Source: Cetorhinus maximus
Taxonomy: Eukaryota
Direction of reading: 5' to 3'
DNA: 64,000 bases
NCBI RefSeq assembly: GCF_964194155.1
Contig: NC_135892.1
Coordinates: forward strand, 4,402,001 to 4,466,000
Within the stretch, counting starts at the first letter, position 1. Each line of letters starts with the position of its first letter. The translations under genes and the position numbers were made by a program. Below are positions 1-12,385 of the stretch, piece after piece. A model generated the notes under the pieces. That model was given only the letters and a program-made list of their open reading frames with translations, made no database searches and was not told the DNA's origin.

Positions 1-143
1 GGGTAACTAATTTCTTATTAAAATAATAAATCAGAATAATTTATGTGCCAGTGTAGAAACAGAGCTTTTATCCCAGTCAGGGTAAAACCTTTTCCATCTA
101 ACACAACATGACTCCATTCTCCACCCAAAGAATAAAAACTTAC

Positions 144-235
144 TTTTTCTTTTTCTTCTTAATGTACTTTTCTTGAGCAAATCCAGTTTTGTCTCTAAAT
201 GTTGTGCTATTCTCAATCAGATGTTGAACAATATC
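144..235 (-). CDS. TRMT6: TRMT6 coding exon 4
   Basis: tag|GAT ATT GTT CAA... DIVQHLIENSTTFRDKTGFAQEKYIKKKKK ...AA|gtaag; 92 bp. Confidence 0.93.
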
Positions 236-3200
236 CTACGTAAAATAAAAACTTAGCTTTAATGAAACAATTACCATTTGGGAATACAAATGCAATGTAA
301 TTTCTGTGGAGAGAATTTAACACTTATTAAATAGTCACTTTCCCTGTATAGGAAAGACTATGGTGTAGCGGTAATGTGGCTGGAAAATCCAGAGGCCCAG
401 GTTAATGTTCTGGGGGCATGGGTTCAAATCACATCTGGGGGAGGCGACGGCGTAGTGGTGTTATCGCTGGACTAGTAATCCAGAGACAGAGGGTAATGCT
501 CTGGCGACCAGGGTTCGAATCCCGCCAAGGCAGATGGTGGAATTTGAATTCAATAAAAAAAACTAGTATTATAAGATTGGGCCAATGGAACCATTGTCGA
601 TTGCTGTAAAACAGTCATCCTCACGGAATAACGTACCAGACATCACCATTCCTGTGTATGTCAGGACAGGCCCAGCAGAGGTAGCGGCACAGTGGCATAC
701 AGTCTGGGAGTCCTCAACATCAACTCCTGACCCCAAGGAGTCTCCCCATGGGGTCTCATGGGCAAGGAAACCTCCTGCTGATTACCACACACTGCCCTCC
801 CTCAGCTGATGAATCAGTGCTCCTCCAGGGTGGGGGACTTCAATGTCCATCACCAAGAGTGGCTCAGTACTGGCTGAGTTCTAAAGGACATAGCTGCTAG
901 ACTGAGTCTATGGCAGGTGGTGAGGGAACCAACAAGAGGGAAAAACATATCCTCATCCTCACCAACCTGCCTGCCGCAGAAGCATCTGTCTATGGTAGGA
1001 GTGACCACCATTGTGGAGACAAAGTCCCGCCTTCACAATGAGGATACCCTCCATTGTGTCGTCTGGGATAGATTTCGAACGGATCTAGCAACTCAAGACT
1101 GGGCATCCACGAGGCACTGTGAGCCATCAGCAGCAGAATTGTACTCAAACACAATCTGTAACCTCATGATTACCACGTACCCCGGTATATCCCCCACTTT
1201 ACCCTTGCCATCAAGCCAGGGGATCAACCATGGTTCAATGAAGAGTGCAGGAGGGCATGCCAGGAGCAGCGCCAGGCATACCTAAAAATGAGGTGTTAAC
1301 ACAGGACTACTTTCGTGCCAAACAGCATAGGCAGCAAGTAATAGACAGGGCTAAGCGATCCTGCAACTGACAGATCAGATCTAAGCTCTGCAGTCCTGCC
1401 ACATCCAGTCGTGAATGGTGGTGGACAATTAAACAACTCACTGGAGGAGGGGGGGCTCCACAAATATCCCCATCCTCAATGATGGGGGAGTCCAGCACAG
1501 CAGTGCAAAAGATAAGGCTGAAGCATTTGCTACAATCTTCAGCCAGAAGTGCTGAGTCGATGATCCATCTCGGCCACACAGAGGCCGCATCACAGATGCC
1601 AGTCTTCAGAAAATTCGATTCACTCCACGTGATATCAAGAAATGGCTGAAGGCACTGGATACTGCAAAGGCTACGGGCCCTGACCATATTCTGGCAATAG
1701 CACTGAAGGCTTGTGCTCCAGAACTTGCCGCGCCCCGAGCCAAGTTGTTCCAGTACAGCTACAACACTGGCAACTACCTGGCTATGTGGAAAATTGCCCA
1801 GGTATGTCTTGTACACAAAAAGCAGGGCAAATCCAATCTGGCCAATTACTGCCCCATCAGTATACATTCCATCATCAGTAAAGTAATGGAAGGGGTCATC
1901 AAGAGTGCTATCAAGCAGCACTTGCTTAGCAATAACCTGCTTGTTGACGCCCAGTTTGGGTTCCGCCAGGGTCACTCAGCTCCTGACCTCATTACAGCCT
2001 ATGTTCAAACATGGACAAAAGAGCTGAACTCCCGAGATGAGACGAGAGTGACTGCCCTTGACATCAAGGCAGCATTTGACCAAATGTGGCATCAAGGAGC
2101 CCTAGCAAAACTGGAGTCAATGAGAATCAAGGGGAAAACTCTCCACTGGTTGGAGTATTACCTAGCACAAAGGAAGATGGTTGTGGTTGTTGGAGGTCAG
2201 TCATCTCAGCTCCAGGACATCAATGCAGGAGTTCCTCAGGGTAGTGTCTTTGGCCCAACCATCTTCAGCTGTTTCATCAAGGACCTTCCTTCCATCATAA
2301 GGTCAGAAGTGGGCATGTTCGCTGATGATTGCACATGTTCAGCACCATTCGCGACTCCTCAGATACTGAAGCAGTCCATGTCCAAATGCAGCAAGACCTG
2401 GACAATATCCAGGCTTGGGCTGACAAGTGGCAAATAACATTTACGCCACAGAAGTGTCAGGCAATGACCATCTCCAACAAGAGAGAATCCAACCATCGCC
2501 CCTTGATGTTCAATGGCATTGCCATCACTGAATCCCCCAATCACATCCTGGGGTTACCATTGACCAAAAGCTGAACTGGACTAAACATATAAATACTGTG
2601 GCTACAAGGGGTCAGGGGCTAGGAATCCTGCAATGAGTAACTCACCTCCTGACTCCCCAAAGCCTGTCCACCATCTAGAAGGCACAAGTCAGGAGTGTGA
2701 TGGAAGACTCTCTACTTGCCTGGATGAGTGCAGCTCCCAAAACACTCAAGAAGCTTGACACTGTCCAGGACAAAGCAGCCCGCTTGATTGGTACCACATC
2801 CAAAAACATTCACTCCCTTCACCACCGATGCACAGTAGCAGCAGTGTTACCATCTAGAAGATGCAATGCAGGAATTCACCAAGGCTCCTTAGGCAGCACC
2901 TTCCAAGCCCATGGCCACTACCATCTATATGGACAAGGGCAGCAGATAGTTCGGAACACCACCACCTGGAAGTTCCCCTTCAAGTCACTCACCATTGTGA
3001 CTTGGAAATATATTGCTGTTCCTTCACTGTTGCTGGGTCAAAATCCTGGAACTCCCTCCCTAACAGCACTGTGGGTGTACCTACACCACTTGGACTGGAG
3101 CGGTTCAAGACAACAGCTCACCACCGTCTTCTCAAGGGAAACTAGGGATAAGCAATAAATGCTGGCCCGGCCAGCGAAGCCCACATCCCATGAATGAATG

Positions 3201-6200
3201 AAAAAAAAATGAGTTCGTGGAACTTAAAATCAATTAATAAATCTGGAATATAAAACTAGTCTCAGCAATGGTGACCATGACAACCATCGCTGATTGTTGC
3301 AAAAGCCCATCTAGTTCACTAATGTCCTTTTGGGAAGAAAATCTGCTGTCTTTACCTGGTCTGGCCTACACGTGACTCCAGACCCACAGCAATGTAGTTG
3401 ACTCTTAACTGCCCCTGAAATGGCCTAGTAATTCCTGGCAGCAATGCCCATATCCCATGGAAGAATAAGAAAAAGTCATCCATACCTGACCTTTTAACCC
3501 TTGTCCTTTAAGTGCCTCAATGTCATCTCTGCTGAGTTTCTGGGACTTGCCATCATCAATTATGTTTCGGTTATCAACACCAGCTTCATTTGTTTCTGGG
3601 AGAATAAAAGTGCACACTGCTTTCACAACAAACAAAACCCACAAGACTCTTTACTTTGTTTAGACTTGGGCCAAATTTAGCCACAACTACTAGGTTTGAA
3701 AGTCTCTTCAAACTGTAAGCATTCCATATGAAATGATTGGCTTGTCTCAACAGTCTTCAATGGGGGAAGAGCCACGACACTCAACCTTCCAGAATTAATT
3801 TAGTACCCAGTCATCATCGCTTTTCAGAGAGAGTTAAGATTCATAGTTAAAGCAGAAATATTGTCCTTCCTCTAACGATGCTCAGTGCCTATACAAAGTG
3901 ACAAGTACACACACAAATATTGTGTTTCCCGACAGGCAAAAAAAACCCATTAAATTTAAACACTGAAGCTTGTACTATTTTCTTAGACATTATTATTTTT
4001 TTTAAAAGCTGTTCAAACTCAGTAGCTATACCTTTAGCAATTAAAAATCTGTAAGTCAAACTACTAAGAGAATTTGGAAACCATCCCTTTATTCCTCCCA
4101 CACCCCACAAAGAATAAATATAAATTACAATTAGTTTCAAGAGCAAATTTTCTTTTACTCCTTGACTAATTTTGGTACATAGTATAGAAATATACACTTT
4201 TTCTTTCCTTTGCAGTTCAGCAAACGGAAGTAGAGAACAATGGTAAAATGTAATGTAGAAAGTTAATTCACTAACTGCGATTGAGATTTCAAGTCAGAAA
4301 TAATTCACTCAATTCTGGGGGTTTACATGCAAAAGGTTTTTAAGTTATATCGAATGAAATGCTGTCTGAATCACTTGGTTATATTCTACCCATGGGGTAC
4401 CGGATGCGTATGAATGACTAAATATAGTCAATGAGGAAAACACTGCCCAAAGAGCCCAAACTGTAATAATCACTGTGCAATATACAGCACAAATAAAAGT
4501 TATTAAATATTACCCCTTAAAAAATTATACAAACTTTACATTTGTCAACTTTGGCAAGCAAGAGTTATCACATCAAACATGCTTTTGAATGTATACAGAC
4601 TGTCTGGTGGAATGACTAACTATAGAATTTGGTCGCTTTATTGGTTAGTAACATTGACATTAAGCTGTCCGTCATGCAATTTGCAGGTTCAGACAGAAAT
4701 ACATGAAGTTCTGACGCTACCTTTGGCAACTTCCTCAATTTTTGCTTTAAGTGGTTGGAGAACTCCTCCATTGGAAACCTCAAAAGTGGTGCCATACTGC
4801 TGTCCAATCACATTGTCCAAGTAAAACCACTGTTTCTCAAAGATGATTTTTCTGGAAAGCAAAGATTGAGATCCATTAAGTTCTAACCAGAAAATTAAAT
4901 ATCATCCGAAGTCATAGACACAATCACTGACTTTTAAAAAAATCATTCATGGGATGTCGGTGTCACTGGCTATGCCTGTGCCCATCCCTAACTGCCCTTG
5001 AGGTGGTGGTGAGCTGCCTTTTTAAACTACAACAGTCCATGTGGTGTAGGTATACCCACAGTGCTGTTAGGGAGGGAGCTCCAGGATTTTGACCTAGCTA
5101 CAGTGAAGGAATGGTGATATATTTCCAAGTCAGGATGGTGTGACACAAAAACAGAAAATGCTGGAAAAACTCAGCAGGTCTAACAGCATCTGTGGAGAGA
5201 AAAACAGAGTTAATGTTTCAATTCCATATGACTCCTCTTCAGAGTGAAAGAGAAGTAAAAATGTGTATAAATTTATACTGTTAAAGGGGGTGGAGCAGGT
5301 GAAGCTGGATAGAAGGCCAGTGCTAGGTGGGGCAAAGGAGATATGGACAAAGATGTCATGAACAAAAGGACAAAGGGGGTGTTAATGGTAGTGGTAAGGG
5401 CTAAAGGAGGTGCTGATAGTGGCATTAAGATAAGAAAGCAGAATGTGATAATAGCTAGACAAGGGTAAGTAGTCTGGAAAGAACAACATGAACAAGTAAC
5501 AGATGGCCCTAGTGGAGATGGGGTGGGGTGGGGAGGGGGGACGGTGGTGGGAAAAAAGATTGAAAATAGTGTAAAAGATGAGGATGAAAATAGTGTAAAA
5601 GGTGAGGATAAAACAATGAATAAATGGAAATAAAAATAAAAGTGTATAAAAAATAAAAATATTGAAAAAAGGGGTGAGGATAGAGGAGAGTTTTCATGGT
5701 CTGAAGTTGTTGAACTTGATGTTCAGTCCAGAAGGCTGTAAAGTGCCTAATCAGAAGATAAGGTGCTATTCCTCCAGTTTGCGATGGGCATCACTGGAAC
5801 ATTGCAGCAGGCCAAAGATGGACATGAGGGCATGACAGCAGGATAGTGTGTTGAAATAGCAAGCAACAGGGAGGTCTGGGTCATGCTTGCAGACAGACCG
5901 AAGGTGTTCCGCAAAGTGGTCACCCAGTCTGCATTTGGTCTCTCCAATGTAGAGGAGACTGCATTGGGGACAGGGAATGCAATAGACCAAATTGAAGGAG
6001 GTGCAAGTGAAGCGCTGTTTCACCTGAAAGGAGTGCTTGGGCCCTTGGATGGTGAAGAGGTAAAGGGACAGTGTTGCACCTTCTGCAATTGCATGGGAAG
6101 GTGCCGTGGGAGGCGTTGGGGGTAATGGAGGAGTGGTCCAGGGTGTCCCAGAGAGAACGGTGCCTTTGCAATGCTGACAGGTGGGGGTGAGGGGAAGATG

Positions 6201-9200
6201 CGTTTGGTGGTGGCATCATGCTGGAGTTGGCAGAAATGGTGGAGGATGATCCTTTGAATACAGAGGCTGGTGGGGTGAAAAGTGAGGACAAGGGGTACCC
6301 TATCATGGTTCTGCAAGTGAGAGGAAGGTGTGAGGGCAGAGGTGCGGGAGATGGGTCGGACATGGTTGAGGACCCTGGCAACCATAGTGGGTGGGGAAAC
6401 CTTGGTTAAAGAAAGCATGTCAGGAGCGCCGTTTTGGAAAGTGGAATCATTGGGACAGATGCGACGGAGGCGAAGGAACTGAAAGAATGGGGCGGAATCC
6501 TTAAAGGAAGCAGGGTGTGAGGAGCTATGGTCAAGGTAACTGCGGGAGTCGGTGGGTTTGTAATGAATATTGGTAGACAGTCTATCACTAGAAATTGAGA
6601 CAGGGAGGTCAAGGAAGGGAAATGTTGGAGATGGACCATGTGAAGATGATAGAGGGGTGGAAACTGAAAGCAAAATTGATAAATTTTTCCAGGTCCAGAA
6701 GAGAGCATGAAGGGGCACTGAAACAGTCATCGATGCACCAAAAAAAAAGAGCTGTGGGAGGGGACCTGAGTAGGACTGGAACAAGGAATGTTCCACATAC
6801 CCCATAAAGAGACAGGCATAACTGGAGCTCATGCAGGTACCCATAGCCACACCTTTTATTTGGAGGAAGAGACACAAGTTTAAGGAGAAATTGTTGAGAC
6901 AGATAAAAAGTTCAGCCAGATGCAGGAGAGTGGCGGAGGATGGGGATTCTTTGGGCCTCTGTTCAAGGGAGAAGCGGAGAGCCCTCAGACCATCCTGGTG
7001 GGAGGTGGAGGTGTAGACGGATTAGGCATCCATGGCGAAGATGCTGTGGTTAGGGCCAGGGAACTGGAAATTGTTGATATGACGTAGGGCAGCAGAGGAA
7101 TCACGGATGTAAGTGGGGAGAGACTGGACAAGAGGCGAGAGAACGGAGTCAAAATATGAAGAAATGAGTTCCGTGGGGCAGGAACAGGCTGACACGATCA
7201 GTCTTCCAGGACAGTCCTGTTTGTGGATTTTGGGGAGGAGGTAGAAGCGGGCTGTCAAGGGTTGATGTATGGCTTGGAGGGGAACTTGCAGGTGGTGGTG
7301 TTCCCATGTGTCTGCTGCCCTTGTCCTTCTAGGTGGTAGTGGTCATAGGTTTAAAAAGTGCTATCTAAGGAGGCTTGGTGAGTTCCTGCCATGCATATTG
7401 TAGATGGTACGGTACACTCTGCCGTCAGTGGTGGAGGGAGTGAGTTTTCATGGATGGGGTGCCAATCAAGCAAGCTGCTTTGCCCTGGATGGTGTCAAGC
7501 TTCTTGAGTGTTGTTGGAGCTGTACTCATCCAGGCAAGTGGGGAGTATTCCATCACACTCCTGACTTGTGCCTTGTAGATGGTGGACAGGCTTTGCGGAA
7601 TCAGGAGGAGAGTTATTCGCCGCAGGATTCCAAGCCTCTGACCTGTTCTTGTAGCCATGGTATTTAAATGGATAGTCTAGTTCAGATTCTGGTCAACGGT
7701 AACCCCCCAGGATGTTGATAGTGGGGGATTCATTGATGGTAATGCTACTGAATGTCAAAGGATGATGGTTAGGTTCTCTCTTGTTGGAGATGATCATTGC
7801 CTGGCATGAATGTTACTTGCCACTTGTCAGCCCAAGCCTGGATATTGTCCAGGTCTTGCTGCATTTGGACATGGACTGCTTCTGTACTTGAAGAGTCACG
7901 AATGGTGAACACTGTGCAATCATCAGTGAACATCCCCACTTCGGACCTTATGATCGAAGGAAGGTCATTATGAAGCAGCTGAAGACGGTTCGGCCGAGGC
8001 CCTAGCCTGAGGAGCTCCTACAGTGATGCCCTGCAACTGAGATGATTGACCTCCAATAACCACAACCATCTTCCTTTGTGCTAGGTATGACTCCAGCCAG
8101 CAGAGAGCTTTCCCCCACCCAATTCCCATCGACTCCAATTTTGCTAGGGTTCCTTGATGCCATACTGGGTCAAATGCTGCCTTAATGTCAAGGGCGGTCA
8201 CTCTCACCTCACCTGGTATGACTTGTACTATCAAACTGTACTTAACTTTATGAGGAAGGCAAAGAACTACAGCTAAAACACCCTGCAATTTCCTGGTTCT
8301 ACTTAGTCTAGAAGAATTCTATGTTCTTAGTCTAACACTACCTACATTATTCAATTTAAACATTTGCACTCCATAGACAATTTCAGCATTTCTTTAGCAT
8401 GTTCCAGATGTTTTGATAGTTTCCAAAGATACAGATACATGGAGACAGAGGATGCAGATGAGTGGGCTGGAACTATAGCGCAAAACACAGGAATGATAGC
8501 TATATAAGTAATGAGGAATATCTACAGAACAAAAAACGGCTGGCCCAGGACAGACAGTGCTCCTGCTCAAGTTTGATGCAGCAAGAAACTTTCAAGTAAC
8601 ACCAGGTGGTCACTGTCTCAGGCTGAACAAAATTGCTCATAACTTCAGCATTCTGTTCACCAGATCTTCTCCATCACAGACTGCCTACTTAGAGCAAGAG
8701 GCCAGTCGGAGGCTGGAGAAAAGCAAGGTGGGCAGGGAGGGGCGTGGGGAAGAAAGGGGCCCGGAGGCTGGAGAAACACGGGTGGTGAGGGCAAAGAGGT
8801 GCCCCTGCAAGGAACATGATATCATTAGTGTTGCCCTCCCCCACCCACTCCGAGTGAGAAAAAAATTCAAATGTGGCCCCTCACGTGAAAAGGTTGGATA
8901 GGGCTAGTCTAGAGGCCTGTGTCTCAGGGTGATGGGTTACTCATTTAAGGGCTGAGGTGGGGAAAATTTTCTTCACAGAAGATTATGAATCTTACGTAGC
9001 AGGTCAGCCAAAGGGATGGGGGCGGCATATGGACTGTCAAATAGCAAGGAGATAAAATAACTAAACAATCATTTTTTAGTGATCTTGGCCAAGGGATGAA
9101 TATTGACCCGGACACAGGGGGAACCTTGCTCTTTAAATAGGGCTAGGGGGCTTTTAATGCCCACCATTGTCACTGACAAGTACAGTACCAGTAATATACA

Positions 9201-11159
9201 GTGAGCAAAATAATGAACAATAACATCACATTATGAACGCGCCTTAGAATTTTAAGACAAACCCAATTTAGATGTTCCACTAATTCTTCTATGTTTACTA
9301 AAAAAAACTGCCACTACTAATACAACTTTAACACAAATGGGCCAAATATTATTTGCAAAATAAGGGCACGGAGCAAGAAGACGAAGTCCCAGGTGTATGA
9401 GTTTTCACAAAGCTACCGAGCATTTTTAAAAAAAAAGCACAAGTGACTTGCACAGCACAGCACCAAAACTTTCCCAGGTTTCAACTTATGAAGTACTATT
9501 AGCAGCCGAGCTAAAAGTTCCACAGGTTTAATGCGGACACATGAGAGCTGCAGACCTTTGAAAATGCTGCTGGTTCAAACAAAAAAAGGCAGTGGATAAA
9601 GTTACAAAAATCATTTAAAAAAAAGCAAGAATATTAATTCTGAGCGGAGTGGAGGGGACTTTGACGCCAATATTGAATGATATCTTTGCTTTTGAAGTAA
9701 ATCTCGTCCAGCTGCATCATTTAAGACTTTGGGTCATAAACGCAATGTGGCAGTGGCTCCATAAATGCTGGACCCCCACCAACCCCACACACAACCCCCC
9801 ACCCCACACACAACCCCCCCACCCCCCCCACACACACCCCCACCCCCCCCACACACACACTCCCACCCTCCCCCCCACACACACTCCCACACACCCACCC
9901 CCCCACCCCACCCACACCCCCCCCACCCACACACACCCCCCCACCCCACCCACACACACACCCCCCCCACCCACACACACACACCCCCCACCCACACACA
10001 CACACCCCCCCACCCACCCACACCTCCCCCCCCCACCCACACACACACACCTCCCCCCCCCACCCACACACACACCTCCCCCCCCACCCACACACACACA
10101 CCTCCCCCCCCCACCCACACACACACCTCCCCCCCCCACCCACACCTCCCCCCCCACCCACACGCACACCTCCCCCCCCACCCACACACCTCCCCCCCCA
10201 CCCACACACCACCCCCCCCCACCCACACACACACACACCACCCCCCCCCCACCCACACACACACACACCACCCCCCCCCACCCACACACACCTCCCCCCA
10301 CCCACACACACACCTCCCCCCCCCACCCACACACACACACCTCCCCCCCCCCACCCACACACACACACCTCCCCCCCCCCACCCACCCACACACACCTCC
10401 CCCCCCCCACCCACACACACACCTCCCCCCCCCACCCACCCACACACACCTCCCCCCCCCACCCACACACCTCCTCCCCCCCCCACCCACCCACACACAC
10501 ACACCTCCCCCCCCCACCCACACACACCTCCCCCCCCCACCCACCCACACCTCCCCCCCCCACCCACCCACACACACACACCTCCCCCCCCCACCCACCC
10601 ACACACACACACCTCCCCCCCCCCACCCACACACACACCTCCCCCCCCCACCCACACACACACCCCCCCCCCACCCACCCACACACCTCCCCCCCCCACC
10701 CACCCACACCTCCCCCCCCCCACCCACACACACACACCTCCCCCCCCACCCACACACACACCTCCCCCCCCCCCACCCACACACACACCTCCCCCCCCCA
10801 CCCACACACACACCTCCCCCCCCCACCCACACACACACCTCCCCCCCCCACCCACACACACACACACACCTCCCCCCCCCACCCACACACACACCTCCCC
10901 CCCCACCCACACACACACACCCCCCCCCACCCACACACACACACACACCCCCCCCCACCCACACACACACACCTCCCCCCCCCACCCACACACACACACA
11001 CACACCCCCCTTGCTGGGGCAGTATCACTGCTGCAGTTACCTTCCCCTGTGCACCTGAACGGCTTTAAACACCTCCTCCCTCTTCAGGACCACATGGTCC
11101 CCCTCGCCGACAGTGTGGGCCCCGCTGCCGGCAGCCAGCACCTCCCCGGGCCCGGACAT
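144..11159 (-). CDS. TRMT6: tRNA (adenine-58-N1)-methyltransferase non-catalytic subunit TRM6, 5' part of gene (coding exons 1-4; continues beyond window start)
   Basis: Spliced exons 11159-11041, 4851-4721, 3595-3486, 235-144 join in frame with GT-AG introns: MSGPGEVLAAGSGAHTVGEGDHVVLKREEVFKAVQVHRGR-KIIFEKQWFYLDNVIGQQYGTTFEV..-ETNEAGVDNRNIIDDGKSQKLSRDDIEALKGQGLKGQ-DIVQHLIENSTTFRDKTGFAQEKYIKKKKK. Matches the Gcd10/TRM6 N-terminus; head-to-head with MCM8 as in other vertebrates. Confidence 0.96.
357..435 (+). mobile_element. tRNA-derived SINE, 5' part (remainder at 3209-3476)
   Basis: A-box-like TGGTGTAGCGG and B-box-like GGTTCAAATC; body resumes after the LINE poly(A) at 3209. Confidence 0.6.
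436..610 (+). mobile_element. tRNA-derived SINE head joined to a LINE body
   Basis: GGCGTAGTGG A-box and GGTTCGAATCC B-box; resembles the head at 357 and the SINE body at 3220-3310. Confidence 0.65.
611..3208 (+). mobile_element. Degenerate non-LTR retrotransposon (CR1/L2-group LINE): endonuclease remnant, reverse transcriptase and 3' tail
   Basis: ORF 1745-2437 has QFGFRQGHS, ALDIKAAFD, GVPQGS and FADD motifs; endonuclease remnants upstream; ends CCCATGAATGAATGAAAAAAAAA; frameshifts and stops. Confidence 0.92.
3209..3476 (+). mobile_element. 3' part of the interrupted SINE, with LINE-like tail
   Basis: Body CCCATCTAGTTCACTAATGTCC...GACTCCAGACCCACAGCAATG; tail GCCCATATCCCATGGAAGAATAAGAAAAAG resembles the LINE 3' end. 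Confidence 0.65.
3486..3595 (-). CDS. TRMT6: TRMT6 coding exon 3
   Basis: cag|..TNEAGVDNRNIIDDGKSQKLSRDDIEALKGQGLKGQ|gtatg; 110 bp. Confidence 0.95.
4721..4851 (-). CDS. TRMT6: TRMT6 coding exon 2
   Basis: cag|A KIIFEKQWFYLDNVIGQQYGTTFEVSNGGVLQPLKAKIEEVAK G|gtag; 131 bp. Confidence 0.95.
4933..5145 (-). mobile_element. 3' end of a CR1/L2-group LINE (same family as 611-3208), split by the Penelope insertion
   Basis: Reverse complement of 2990-3200; continues at about 7262. Confidence 0.8.
5146..7258 (-). mobile_element. Penelope-like retroelement (RT + GIY-YIG endonuclease), 5'-truncated and degenerate
   Basis: TARFYLLPKIHK, QIKGVAMGT, FLDL, TNIHYKPTDS and GIY-YIG NLVYCIPCPQCSLLYIGETKCRLGDHFAEH across frameshifted ORFs; 3' UTR with hammerhead-like motif near 5208-5245. 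Confidence 0.92.
7262..8215 (-). mobile_element. CR1/L2-group LINE RT fragment (upstream continuation of 4933-5145)
   Basis: VTALDIKAAFD.VWHQG and SVMEYSPLAWMS motifs in ORFs 7968-8288 and 7425-7658. Confidence 0.88.
9772..11010. repeat. C/A-rich minisatellite (unit about CCTCCCCCCCCACCCACACACACA) in TRMT6 intron 1
   Basis: About 1.2 kb with almost no G on the + strand; source of the spurious P/H/T and G/V/C ORFs. Confidence 0.97.
11041..11159 (-). CDS. TRMT6: TRMT6 coding exon 1
   Basis: gcggcgATG at 11159; MSGPGEVLAAGSGAHTVGEGDHVVLKREEVFKAVQVHRG AG|gtaac; 119 bp, phase matches exon 2. Confidence 0.93.
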
Positions 11160-11800
11160 CGCCGCCGCCGCCGCGCTCCTCTTCCCCTCCCCCTTCTTGG
11201 CCTGGCGCCTTCAATCCATCCCCCACCTCTCTGGACCGAAACCAGCGTAAACACACGGGAAGGCTGGTCGAGGTTGACTCGGGCGATGTTCAGTGGCGCG
11301 GCCGCCGGAAAACTCGCGTCCTTCAACAGCCAGCAGAGCGCGCGGACACGCTACCCGCGGCCGCTCTGCAGCCAGCACGCGGCCCCGGAAACGGAAAGAG
11401 AAGCGGCCAGTACCGCGCGCGCATGCGCGTCAATGCGGTTCCACACCCCCCCCTCCCGCCGGTCCGCCCACTCCATACGGTACGCATGCGCGTCAACCGG
11501 GATCCACACCTCAATGCATGCGCTACAATCAGGCCCCGCTCGGGCGGGCATGAGCCCATCAGGCCCCACCCACGTGTTGCGCGTCACCCAAGCTCCGCCC
11601 AGACGCGCGTAATCAGCTCCCGCCCATTCCAACCGTCTTCCTCTCTGCCACTGTACGCATGCGCCTCGCTCATGCTCCAGCCTAGCTGGCGGGTGCGAGA
11701 AGTTGGTTTGAGCCATCCGTGTGGCTTCAGTCTGTCCAACCGGTGACCGGCTCAAACGCAGCGCCCGGAAGTAGTGGAAAGGAGTGGCGGGGTTGAGGAA
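11160..11800. promoter_or_regulatory. CpG-island bidirectional promoter of TRMT6/MCM8
   Basis: High CpG density between divergent genes; NRF1-type GCGCATGCGC at 11419-11428 with near copies at about 11483, 11515 and 11655; ETS CCGGAAGT at 11765-11772; E2F-like TGGCGGG/TCCCGCC. Confidence 0.85.
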
Positions 11801-11855
11801 TTTGAGAGAGAAGAAACCAGCCTGTTGCAGATAGTCAGGATAAGACCCCGTATCT

Positions 11856-12385
11856 CCCCCCCCCCACCCAGTGCAGTGTCACTGTTTCCAGCCTCCCCTC
11901 CCCCACCCAGTGCAGGGTCACTGTTTCCAGCCTCCCCTCCCCCACCCAGTGCAGTGTCACTGTTTCCAGCCTCCCCTCCCCCACCCAGTGCAGGGTCACT
12001 GTTTCCAGCCTCCCCTCCCCCACCCAGTGCAGGGTCACTGTTTCCAGCCTCCCCTCCCCCACCCAGTGCAGGGTCACTGTTTCCAGCCTCCCCTCCCCCA
12101 CCCAGTGCAGTGTCACTGTTTCCAGCCTCCCCTCCCCCACCCAGTGCAGTGTCACTGTTTCCAGCCTCCCCTCCCCCACCTAGTGCAGTGTCACTGTTTC
12201 CAGCCTCCCCTCCCCCACCCAGTGCAGTGTCACTGTTTCCAGCCTCCCCTCCCCCACCCAGTGCAGGCACTGTTTCCAGCCTCCCCTCCCCCCCCCAGTG
12301 CAGTGTCACTGTTTCCAGCCTCCCCTCCCCCACCCAGTGCAGTGTCACTGTTCGTGCCTCCCCTCCCCAATTCAGTGCAGTGACA
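11856..12385. repeat. 39-bp minisatellite, about 13 copies (CAGTGCAGTGTCACTGTTTCCAGCCTCCCCTCCCCCACC)
   Basis: Near-identical tandem units, giving 13-aa periodic ORFs in several frames. Confidence 0.97.

Noticed and set aside
436-535. tRNA gene
   Set aside because: A and B boxes are present but there is no convincing cloverleaf; it continues into SINE body sequence.
1745-3158. Intact reverse transcriptase gene
   Set aside because: Frameshift directly after FADD plus several stops and deletions; a dead LINE copy. The same applies to 32706-33842 and the Penelope ORFs.
8700-8910. Possible hAT-like transposon end and ORF 8557-8901
   Set aside because: Only one putative terminus (TGTGGCCC...AAAAGGTTGGA); no partner end, TSD or recognisable protein.
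9649-11612. Long 420-615 aa Pro/His/Thr- and Gly/Val/Cys-rich ORFs
   Set aside because: Stop-free translation of a C/A minisatellite in most frames; lies in TRMT6 intron 1 and the promoter.
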